The notes under the pieces are model-generated. The model searched no databases. It had not been told where the DNA came from and saw nothing but the letters and a program-made list of their open reading frames with translations. Positions 1 through 8,943 of a DNA stretch of 64,000 nucleotides are shown piece by piece (the first letter of the stretch is position 1; each line of letters begins with the position of its first letter). The position numbers were made by a program, and so were the translations under genes. Origin of the DNA: Pseudomonadota bacterium (lineage in GTDB: Bacteria > Pseudomonadota > Alphaproteobacteria > Rickettsiales > UBA8987); contig JBEHXK010000008.1 in the NCBI GenBank assembly GCA_048498735.1, positions 2,604 to 66,603 on the forward strand, in the 5' to 3' direction.

Positions 1-79
1 CAATCATTACGAATGCCAGTAATGTCGCAACGACAAGAAATATTAATACCGGGAGATATTCATTGATTGAAAATTCCAT
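1..79 (-). CDS. nuoA: NADH-quinone oxidoreductase subunit A, 5' end only (runs off the window)
   Basis: Not in ORF track. Minus-strand ATG at 79 reads MEFSINEYLPVLIFLVVATLLAFVMI, matching the alphaproteobacterial NuoA 'EYLPILIF' N-terminal TM helix. Confidence 0.75.
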   Translation of the reverse strand, partial: MEFSINEYLPVLIFLVVATLLAFVMI

Positions 80-103
80 AAGCCATACATAAATTACGTG
101 CGT

Positions 104-132
104 AAACTATTTATAGCTGCTATAAAAGTCAA
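104..132 (-). promoter_or_regulatory. Putative sigma70 promoter of nuoA; its spacer is a perfect palindrome
   Basis: Minus strand reads TTGACT-N17-TAGTTT. Spacer 110-126 is TTTATAGC-t-GCTATAAA. Confidence 0.5.
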
Positions 133-135
133 GGA

Positions 136-165
136 TTGACATTGATATTTGATCGAATTCATTAT
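136..165 (+). promoter_or_regulatory. Putative sigma70 promoter of chpT
   Basis: TTGACA(136-141)-N18-CATTAT, back-to-back with the nuoA promoter. Confidence 0.4.
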
Positions 166-176
166 TATATATTTAT

Positions 177-851
177 ATGATGCAAAATATTTCCCCAGTT
201 AGAATGTCCGAACTATTGCTTACGCGCTTCACGCACGACATAGCAGGTCCGGTGAGCGCCGTTTCCAACGGGCTCGACTTCCTTATGAATGATGCAAAAA
301 ATTCTGATGACCCAGGTGCAATAGAAATAAAAAACCAGGCGGTCGATCTTGTTGAAGAAAGTGCGATGCAATCGCTTGCGCGGCTGCAGGCATATAGGAT
401 CGCTTATGGCGTGGTTTATACTGACAGCGCGGAAACTCAAGTTAAAGAAGTTACCGATATAATGAAAAGGTTTTTTAATAAGTCACAAGTAGAGCTGCGT
501 TTTAACCCTTCCCTGCCCGATTCGATCTCGGCCATTAAAAGACGCATTCTTGTTGGCATGATATTAACAGTTTCGCGCATATTGATTTATGGCGGAAAAA
601 TAAGCATATCATTGGCTGGTGCGGCGAAGAATACTATAGTTGTTAGAGCTGGCGCTGATAAATATAAAGAACCAACTTCAATCCATGACATATTCATGGA
701 TACTACAACTAACGAGCCGGATGTTGAAACAGTGCCTTATTTCTTTATTCGCGAGACGGCGCGCAAACATAATATTAATCTCAATTTTAAATATGGTGAA
801 GAAAACACCAGCAAATTCGTTGAATTTACCGCTGAATTTGCGGCTGCGTAA
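177..851 (+). CDS. chpT: Histidine phosphotransferase ChpT (CckA-ChpT-CtrA relay)
   Basis: ELLLTRFTHDIAGPVSAVSNGLDFL matches the ChpT HDxxxPxxAxxNGLE H-box; RLQAYRIAYG motif; 224 aa. Confidence 0.88.
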   Translation: MMQNISPVRMSELLLTRFTHDIAGPVSAVSNGLDFLMNDAKNSDDPGAIEIKNQAVDLVEESAMQSLARLQAYRIAYGVVYTDSAETQVKEVTDIMKRFFNKSQVELRFNPSLPDSISAIKRRILVGMILTVSRILIYGGKISISLAGAAKNTIVVRAGADKYKEPTSIHDIFMDTTTNEPDVETVPYFFIRETARKHNINLNFKYGEENTSKFVEFTAEFAAA

Positions 852-1468
852 TGAAAAGATTATCTCCATCTGCGATTATAGCGACCTTCTTTGGGATAGG
901 TAAAATCCCATTTATGCCAGGGACGTTTGGCAGTTTGGCTGCCATAATATTAGTAGGTTTGCTGTTTTATCAGCCTCATTTTGTATATATTAACGGCACA
1001 AAATATTTCGAAATGGGCGCTATATTGATCAGCCCGAACTATATAATTTACATATTATCTTTCGCAGCGGTGATAAGTTATATTGTCGGCGTTTGGGCGG
1101 CGGAAAAATATTCTAAGGCCATTGGTAAGGATGACCCCTCCTCAGTTGTTATTGATGAAGTGGCGGGCATATTCACAGCTTGTGCTTTGGTTTCAATAGG
1201 ATATGCGGCATTGCTAATGATCGACGAAAAAGAATTCATACTATATCTCATTATTTCATACTATTTCTTTCCGGTAATTTTTATACTTTTCCGGCTGTTT
1301 GATATTATAAAGCCATGGCATATTGGCAGGCTTGATAGGAATTTTTCTGGTGGTTTTGGAATTATGATAGATGATATAGTCGCAGGAGTTTATTCTGCTA
1401 TTGCATTTTATATTATCTTTTTTGCTTTAAAATATTTTGGGATCTTAAATTCTCTGATCAAAGTGTGA
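851..1468 (+). CDS. pgpA: Phosphatidylglycerophosphatase A
   Basis: PGTFGS, DPSSVVIDEVAG, FRLFDIIKP and GIMIDDIVAG motifs. Confidence 0.93.
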   Translation: MKRLSPSAIIATFFGIGKIPFMPGTFGSLAAIILVGLLFYQPHFVYINGTKYFEMGAILISPNYIIYILSFAAVISYIVGVWAAEKYSKAIGKDDPSSVVIDEVAGIFTACALVSIGYAALLMIDEKEFILYLIISYYFFPVIFILFRLFDIIKPWHIGRLDRNFSGGFGIMIDDIVAGVYSAIAFYIIFFALKYFGILNSLIKV

Positions 1469-1470
1469 AA

Positions 1471-1486
1471 TGTTTCACAGGAAACA
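1471..1486. promoter_or_regulatory. parS-like ParB-binding palindrome (may also act as a hairpin between convergent genes)
   Basis: TGTTTCACAGGAAACA matches the consensus TGTTTCACGTGAAACA at 14/16 and nearly fills the 19-nt gap between pgpA and coaBC. Confidence 0.55.
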
Positions 1487-1487
1487 T

Positions 1488-2723
1488 TTATACTGAGCGT
1501 AAGAATTTTTTCTGATTTTTATTTAAATAGCCATCGATCATGCTGACAATTTTTTCAGCAATTTCTTCTTTAGGTTTATTCTCTAAGCACTCTTGTTTAT
1601 CTTTGGTGATAATACAAACGCTGTTATTATCAGAATCAAAAACCTTATCTTTTATAACATCATTGGCAATTATCCAATCACAGCCCTTGCGCTCCATTTT
1701 AACAAGCGCGTTCTCGATCAAATGTTCAGTTTCAGCAGCAAAGCCTATAACTAATGCCGGTCTGTTTTTACTAGGTTTTGAAAGCTCATATAATATATCG
1801 GGGTTTTCCAGAAGTGATAATATTTGGATCTGATTATCCTGGGTTTTCTTTATCTTTCTTTCAGAGGGTTTTTCGGGTTTCCAATCCGCAACTGCAGCTG
1901 CACAAATGGCAATATCAACCGGCAGCAACTTCATGCAGGAATCAAGCATTTCCTGCGCTGATTCAACCGGAATAAAATTTACGTTTTCAGGTACTGGCAA
2001 GTTAGTGGGGCCAGAAACCAGATAAACTTCAGCGCCCGCACGGGCTAAAGCGCTTGCCACAGCATGACCTTGTTTGCCTGAAGAATAATTAGAGATATAG
2101 CGTATAGGATCAATATTCTCACGAGTAGGGCCGCTGGTAACCAAGCACTTCATGCCTTTCAAATTTGCCTGGCTGGCTTTAGGAGTTTTTTTGCCAAAAT
2201 AATTTTTTAGATATTGGATTATATCATCAGGCTCGGCCATCTTGCCCAAACCTTCTTCGCCACAGGCAAGCTTACCGGAGACGGGCTCAATGAATTCAAC
2301 CTTATCTTTTTTGAGCTGTTCAATATTGCGTTTAGTTGCCGGGTGCTCATACATTTTTGTATTCATTGCCGGTACTACGATAACAGGTTTATCAGAGGCT
2401 ATATAGATTGTAGAAGCCAGATCGTCACACAGGCCATTTGCCATTTTTGCCAGGAAATTTGCAGAAGCAGGTGCCACTAAAACAAGATCATTCTTACGGG
2501 AAAGATCAATGTGGGCCATGCCGGTTTCATCAGAAACGGAGAAATCATTCTCATAAACTTTATTGCCGGAAAGATAGGCCAGGGCAGGGGCCGCAACAAA
2601 TTGTGATGCAGATTTTGTAAGCACGCAGGTTATATCAAAATCGGCTTCTTTGCCGCGCCTGATAAGATCAGGAATTTTTATCGCTGCAATGCTGCCTGTA
2701 ACTATGAGTAAAATCTTTTTCAT
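1488..2723 (-). CDS. coaBC: Bifunctional phosphopantothenoylcysteine decarboxylase/synthase
   Basis: TGSIAA, PAMNTKM, LACGEEG, TSGPTRENIDPIRYISNYSSGKQG and GFAAET motifs. Confidence 0.96.
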   Translation of the reverse strand: MKKILLIVTGSIAAIKIPDLIRRGKEADFDITCVLTKSASQFVAAPALAYLSGNKVYENDFSVSDETGMAHIDLSRKNDLVLVAPASANFLAKMANGLCDDLASTIYIASDKPVIVVPAMNTKMYEHPATKRNIEQLKKDKVEFIEPVSGKLACGEEGLGKMAEPDDIIQYLKNYFGKKTPKASQANLKGMKCLVTSGPTRENIDPIRYISNYSSGKQGHAVASALARAGAEVYLVSGPTNLPVPENVNFIPVESAQEMLDSCMKLLPVDIAICAAAVADWKPEKPSERKIKKTQDNQIQILSLLENPDILYELSKPSKNRPALVIGFAAETEHLIENALVKMERKGCDWIIANDVIKDKVFDSDNNSVCIITKDKQECLENKPKEEIAEKIVSMIDGYLNKNQKKFLRSV

Positions 2724-4261
2724 ACGTGGAATTTAATGATCCCTAACAGGATCAATATAGTCAATAAAATGGCAGTAATAAAGCCTTTCCAGAAATTACT
2801 TTCTTCAATATTACCGTTACGCTTTTCCAGCGATGAAGAATAGGTAACAAAACCTTTGGAAGTAACGATCTTTTCAAGTTGTTTTGAGGATTCATTTATA
2901 CTTTTAACAGATTGAATTAATTGAGAAAAACCCTCTTGGAGCTTAGCTTTAGGGCCAAGGTTTTCCTCGCCCCATTCCTGCACCAGATCGCGCGATAGGG
3001 CCCAGAAATTGATATTAGGATTAAGCTTTCGACCTATGCCTTCTGCCATCATCATGGTTTTTTGAAGCAATAATAATTGCGGTTGAGCTTCCATTTTGAA
3101 CTGTTCAGTTATCTTTAATAGCCTTTGCAGGAGCTTGGCGATCGAGATCTGGTTTTGTGGAAGATCGAAGATTGGTTCACCCACGGCACGGCAGGCCTGT
3201 GCGAATAATTCGCGCGACTGATCAGCCGGAATAAAGCCGGCATCAAAATGTATATCCGCAACTTTTTTATAATCACGGTTCAAGAAACCATTTAGCATTT
3301 CAGCAAGGAATATCCTGTTTTTGCGGTCAATGCGGCCCATGATACCAAAGTCGAAAACGCAGATCTGGCCCTTATCGTTGACCAGCATATTGCCAGGGTG
3401 CATATCTGCGTGGAAGAACCCATCGCGCAGGGCCTGTTTCAGGAATATATCAGCACATTTGCGGAGTAAATCATCAACATTATGGCCAGCATCTTGCAGT
3501 TTTCTGATGTCATCAATGCGAATTCCGGTGAATTTTTCAGCCACCAGAACGCGCGAAGAGGTCAGCTGCCAGTATATTTTTGGAACTTTTAGCTCAGTAT
3601 CATCTTTGAAATTTTTTGCGAGTTCGTCTGCGGCTGCAGCCTCATAGAGCAGATCCATCTCGATCTTGGAAATACTAGCAACCATATTGACCATATGGCG
3701 CAGTTTTAGCCTTATAAACCTTGGAAATTTGCGGTTTATAATACCTGAAAGCCAGAAGAGCAGATTAATATCTTTGAAGAAACGCTCTTCAATATTAGGG
3801 CGCAGAATTTTAACAGCGACCTCATTGCTGGCAAGGTCGGTTGCGAAATGTACCTGTGAAATGGAAGCGGCGGCGGCAGGTTCACCAAAGGTACGGAAAA
3901 CTTCTGATATTTTCTTACCAAGTTCGCGCTCAACTATTTGTTTTGCAATTGCGGTAGGGAAGGGCGGCAGCCTATCCTGCAACATTGATAAATCCTGGGC
4001 AACTCTATCACCTATGAGATCAGGCCTAACTGATAAAGCTTGGCCCAATTTAATGAAAGCAGGGCCTAATTCCTGGAAAACCTGGGCTAATTTCTGGCTA
4101 TCTGACATTAAATATGAAGATTTAACCGGTTTTGGAGCCAGAAAATAACCAAAAAACACGATAAATCTATAATATGAACTGTTTTTCAGGAAGAAATAGC
4201 ATCTATATCTCGAAAAGGTACGATAAATTTGCAGGAATCTCTTTGTGTGTCTCAGGGCCAT
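2720..4261 (-). CDS. ubiB: Ubiquinone biosynthesis kinase-like protein UbiB
   Basis: LGPAFIKLGQALSVRPD, AAASISQVH, FFHADMHPGN and DFGIMG motifs; next to ubiE. Confidence 0.95.
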   Translation of the reverse strand: MALRHTKRFLQIYRTFSRYRCYFFLKNSSYYRFIVFFGYFLAPKPVKSSYLMSDSQKLAQVFQELGPAFIKLGQALSVRPDLIGDRVAQDLSMLQDRLPPFPTAIAKQIVERELGKKISEVFRTFGEPAAAASISQVHFATDLASNEVAVKILRPNIEERFFKDINLLFWLSGIINRKFPRFIRLKLRHMVNMVASISKIEMDLLYEAAAADELAKNFKDDTELKVPKIYWQLTSSRVLVAEKFTGIRIDDIRKLQDAGHNVDDLLRKCADIFLKQALRDGFFHADMHPGNMLVNDKGQICVFDFGIMGRIDRKNRIFLAEMLNGFLNRDYKKVADIHFDAGFIPADQSRELFAQACRAVGEPIFDLPQNQISIAKLLQRLLKITEQFKMEAQPQLLLLQKTMMMAEGIGRKLNPNINFWALSRDLVQEWGEENLGPKAKLQEGFSQLIQSVKSINESSKQLEKIVTSKGFVTYSSSLEKRNGNIEESNFWKGFITAILLTILILLGIIKFHV

Positions 4262-5031
4262 TATATCTTAAACCCCGTATGAATTGCCACAATTCCTGCA
4301 GATAGTTTTCTATAATTTACATTGGCCATACCGGCATTTTCTATCATGGTTTTAAAATCCGGAGCTTTTGGAAAGAGATAGATACTTTCTGCCAGATAAC
4401 GATATGAATCTGCATCCTGAGCGATCAATTGCCCCATGAACGGGATGATATTGAAGGAATATTTATGGTATAATTTCGAAAGAATTTCATTATCTACATT
4501 AGAAAATTCCAGGCAAATAAACTTGCCACCCGGCTTTAACACTCGGTTTATTTCTTTAAGTGCGGCAGGGATATTGGTGACGTTCCTAATGCCAAAAGCA
4601 ATAGAAACATAATCAAAGCTATTGTCAGGAAAGGGAATTTCTTCGGCATTGATGATCTTAAAATCAATATTTGCAGGGATATTTCTATCTATTGAACGCG
4701 CCTTGGCAACTTTCAGCATTTCTTCATTAATATCCGATGTTACACATGAAACATTAACATTTTTCTCTTTCGCGCGATTCAGGAAAGCAAAAGATATATC
4801 GCCCGTGCCGGCAGCAAGATCAAGCAGTTTATAACCTTGGTGCGGCTGCATTTCAGAAAGCATGGATTTTTTCCATAAACGGTGCATGCCGCCGCTCATG
4901 ACATCATTCATGATATCATACTTGGAAGCGACGCTGTTAAACACGCCTTTAACCAGACCGGTTTTTACAGACGCATCAACCTGCTTGAAGCCAAAATTTA
5001 CTTTATTGTCAGCCATTACTTTATTTTTCAT
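4261..5031 (-). CDS. ubiE: Ubiquinone/menaquinone C-methyltransferase (start uncertain: 5016, 5031 or 5052)
   Basis: VASKYDIMNDVMSGGMHRLWK, LDLAAGTGD, AFGIRNV and YRYLAESI motifs. Confidence 0.95.
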   Translation of the reverse strand: MKNKVMADNKVNFGFKQVDASVKTGLVKGVFNSVASKYDIMNDVMSGGMHRLWKKSMLSEMQPHQGYKLLDLAAGTGDISFAFLNRAKEKNVNVSCVTSDINEEMLKVAKARSIDRNIPANIDFKIINAEEIPFPDNSFDYVSIAFGIRNVTNIPAALKEINRVLKPGGKFICLEFSNVDNEILSKLYHKYSFNIIPFMGQLIAQDADSYRYLAESIYLFPKAPDFKTMIENAGMANVNYRKLSAGIVAIHTGFKI

Positions 5032-5078
5032 GAAGGAGATTCTATATAGCATTTAGTTATATTGAATCAAAGAAAATT

Positions 5079-5903
5079 ATGCCTGAACTTCCAGAGGTTG
5101 AAACGGTTAAAAGAGGCTTGGAAAAGCAAATCCTGAATAAGGAAATAAAGGATGTTTTTATCAGCGGAAAAAAGCTGCGATTTCCTTATCCGGAAAAACT
5201 TAAAGAAAAAATAACAAATAAGAAAATAGATTCATTAGATAGAAGATCAAAATATCTTCTCCTAAACCTTACCAACAATCAGATTTTGGTAATTCATTTA
5301 GGGATGAGTGGGAAGGTTTTGTACAAAGAAAGACTGGCTAAAAACTTTGAAAAACACGATCATCTGGCAGTAACTTTTACCGATAATTCACAAATAATAT
5401 TTAACGACGCAAGGCGTTTTGGCCTGGTTGCTCTTGTTGATAAAAAAGAACTCGAAACCCATCAGCTGTTCAAAGATTTGGGCATTGAACCATTAGATAA
5501 AAAATTTAATGGAAAATATCTTTCAGAAGTTTTTAAAAATAAAAAACAACCCGTGAAACAAGCTTTGATGGATGCAAGAAATCTGGTGGGTGTGGGAAAT
5601 ATTTATGCCAGTGAATCATTATTCGAAAGCGGCATAAACCCTAAAATAGAAGCTGGTAAAGTAAAGCTGGTAAAGCTCAACGCATTGGCAGAAAATATAA
5701 AAACAGTTTTGCAAAAAGCTATAAGATCCGGCGGTTCAACGCTTAGAGATTATGTTAGAAGCGATGGTGATGTTGGCTATTTTCAGCATCAGTTCAAAGT
5801 ATATGGCAGGGAAAAACAGCCTTGCGTAAAATGTAAGACTGGCATAAAACGAATCGTCCAGCAGGGAAGAAGCAGTTTCTATTGTCCGACCTGCCAAAAA
5901 TAA
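5079..5903 (+). CDS. mutM: Formamidopyrimidine-DNA glycosylase
   Basis: MPELPEVET start, HLGMSG, GVGNIYASE, C-terminal CxxC...CxxCQ zinc finger. Confidence 0.97.
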   Translation: MPELPEVETVKRGLEKQILNKEIKDVFISGKKLRFPYPEKLKEKITNKKIDSLDRRSKYLLLNLTNNQILVIHLGMSGKVLYKERLAKNFEKHDHLAVTFTDNSQIIFNDARRFGLVALVDKKELETHQLFKDLGIEPLDKKFNGKYLSEVFKNKKQPVKQALMDARNLVGVGNIYASESLFESGINPKIEAGKVKLVKLNALAENIKTVLQKAIRSGGSTLRDYVRSDGDVGYFQHQFKVYGREKQPCVKCKTGIKRIVQQGRSSFYCPTCQK

Positions 5904-5916
5904 AGCAAAGAAAGAT

Positions 5917-6306
5917 ATGATAAAGAAACTTATAGCCATAGTAATCGCAACTTCACTTTTAACATCATGTATGCTTGCACATCGCATCACAGAAACTGTT
6001 AAAGAGCCATTTTATGCCGGGCACTTACCAAACATTCCCGAAGTTCCTATACCGCGCCATTTCGTTGTAGATAACACAACACTTTCATCTTTTGATTCTC
6101 AGGAAGGAAGAATAGCCGAAGCGCGTGCACAAGGGTTCGCAAGCGTTGATGATGTGAAAGATTTTTATGATGATGTTCTATCATCAAAAGGCTGGAGTAA
6201 AATTGGCGAAGGAACTTACGCTAAGAATGGCGAATTGCTGACAATAACAGTTGCACACGGAAACACACTGACAGAAATCAGATACAAATTGAGGCCTTAC
6301 AGATAG
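5917..6306 (+). CDS. Small uncharacterised lipoprotein
   Basis: Lipobox LLTSC after a hydrophobic stretch. FDSQEGRI..FY..L..GW resembles an alphaproteobacterial hypothetical family (from recall). Confidence 0.7.
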   Translation: MIKKLIAIVIATSLLTSCMLAHRITETVKEPFYAGHLPNIPEVPIPRHFVVDNTTLSSFDSQEGRIAEARAQGFASVDDVKDFYDDVLSSKGWSKIGEGTYAKNGELLTITVAHGNTLTEIRYKLRPYR

Positions 6307-6311
6307 ACTGA

Positions 6312-7289
<978 letters not shown>

Positions 7290-7364
7290 TTATAATATAG
7301 ATATTATTTATTGCAAGAATATCTAATTGATGCTATCCGAAAATCAACCAACGATAGGAAAAAA

Positions 7365-8387
7365 ATGAAGAATCTTAAATTGTTTAAAGCGATAGTAGCC
7401 GTTTCAGCAGTGATGTTGTTCTCGAATAATGCGGCAGCAAGGGATCAGATCAGGATCGTTGGCTCTTCAACAGTTTATCCTTTTGCAACAGTGGTTGCGG
7501 AAGAATTTGGCACAAAAACCGATTTCAGAACGCCTATAGTTGAATCAACAGGCACTGGTGGTGGTTTTAAATTATTCTGTGGTGGTGTTGGTGAGCAATA
7601 TCCGGATATTGAAGATGCATCCAGAAAAATTAAAGATTCAGAAGTGCAATTATGCAAAGCAAATGGTGTGAACAAAATAATCGAACTTGAGATCGGTTAT
7701 GACGGTATCACTTTCGCAAATTCGATCAGCGGCAATAAATATGCGCTGACCAAGAAAGATATATTCCTGGCGCTTGCTAGAAAAGTTCCGGTTGATGGCA
7801 AACTTGTAGATAACCCATACAAGAATTGGAATGATATCGATAAGGGCCTGCCGGCAACGAAAATTGAAGTTTATGGCCCACCACCAACTTCAGGTACGCG
7901 TGATGCGTTCGCAGAGATCATTCTTGATGGTGTTTGCACTAACATGGCAGAATTCAAGGCTGCTTATACAAATGAAGATGTGCTGAAAAAACAATGTCAG
8001 CAGATCAGGGAAGATGGTGCTTATATTGAATCTGGTGAAAATGATAACCTGATCGTGCAGAAGCTGAAGAACAACAAAGATGCGATCGGCATTTTCGGTT
8101 ACAGCTATCTTGACCAGAATGGTGCAACAATTCAGGGCAGCACTATTGATGGCGTGGCACCAACATTTGAAAATATAACATCAGGCCAATATGGCGTTTC
8201 AAGGCTGCTTTATGTTTATGCTAAGGGTGAGCACCTGCCACTTGTTAACGGCATGAAGGAATATTTGAAAGAGTTTGAATCAGAAGAAGCGATTGGTGAT
8301 GAAGGCTATTTGCCAGCAAAAGGTCTGATTCCGCTTAAGAAAGATGCTCGTGAAGCTCAGCGCAAAAAACTTGCTGAAATAAAATAA
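7365..8387 (+). CDS. pstS: Phosphate ABC transporter substrate-binding protein; no pstCAB nearby
   Basis: Signal peptide then RDQIRIVGSSTVYPF, ESTGTGGG and GPPPTSGTRDAF. ATG 7365 preferred over TTG 7311. Confidence 0.92.
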   Translation: MKNLKLFKAIVAVSAVMLFSNNAAARDQIRIVGSSTVYPFATVVAEEFGTKTDFRTPIVESTGTGGGFKLFCGGVGEQYPDIEDASRKIKDSEVQLCKANGVNKIIELEIGYDGITFANSISGNKYALTKKDIFLALARKVPVDGKLVDNPYKNWNDIDKGLPATKIEVYGPPPTSGTRDAFAEIILDGVCTNMAEFKAAYTNEDVLKKQCQQIREDGAYIESGENDNLIVQKLKNNKDAIGIFGYSYLDQNGATIQGSTIDGVAPTFENITSGQYGVSRLLYVYAKGEHLPLVNGMKEYLKEFESEEAIGDEGYLPAKGLIPLKKDAREAQRKKLAEIK

Positions 8388-8942
8388 TTAGTCGTTATCA
8401 GCGCGCTTTTTAGCTTTCTCAAGCTTGCGCATGATAACATCGCGCTTCATTTTTGAAACATGCTCAACGAAGGTGATGCCGTTCAGGTGGTCTATTTCAT
8501 GTTGGACGCATACAGCAGCAAGATCATCAAACCGTAATTCGCGTTCTTTGCCATCATAATCAAGGAAGCGTACTTTTACTGACTTAGGCCTTTCTACTTC
8601 AGCAAACTGTGCCGGAAACGAAAGACAACCCTCTTCAAACACAAATTTTTCATCTGATTCCCAAACAATCTCAGGATTGATAAGAAATAACGGATCTGGC
8701 TCAGCATCAGGGTTGTGAGTGCCATCATAACGTATCGAACCCTGGGCGATATCCATGACAAGAATTCTTTTATGCTCACCCACCTGAACTGCAGCAAGGC
8801 CAAGCCCGTTGCTGGCATACATGGTTTCAAGCATATCATCCAAGAATTTACGGAGCTCGGCATTTATATCAGAAGGTTTTACCTCTTTAGATACTTTTTT
8901 AAGCCTAGGGTCTGGCGCTATGACTAAAGGTAATACGGCCAT
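8388..8942 (-). CDS. def: Peptide deformylase
   Basis: GLGLAAVQVG, EGCLS and QHEIDHLNG motifs; start taken at MAVLPL (8942). Confidence 0.96.
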   Translation of the reverse strand: MAVLPLVIAPDPRLKKVSKEVKPSDINAELRKFLDDMLETMYASNGLGLAAVQVGEHKRILVMDIAQGSIRYDGTHNPDAEPDPLFLINPEIVWESDEKFVFEEGCLSFPAQFAEVERPKSVKVRFLDYDGKERELRFDDLAAVCVQHEIDHLNGITFVEHVSKMKRDVIMRKLEKAKKRADND

Positions 8943-8943
8943 G

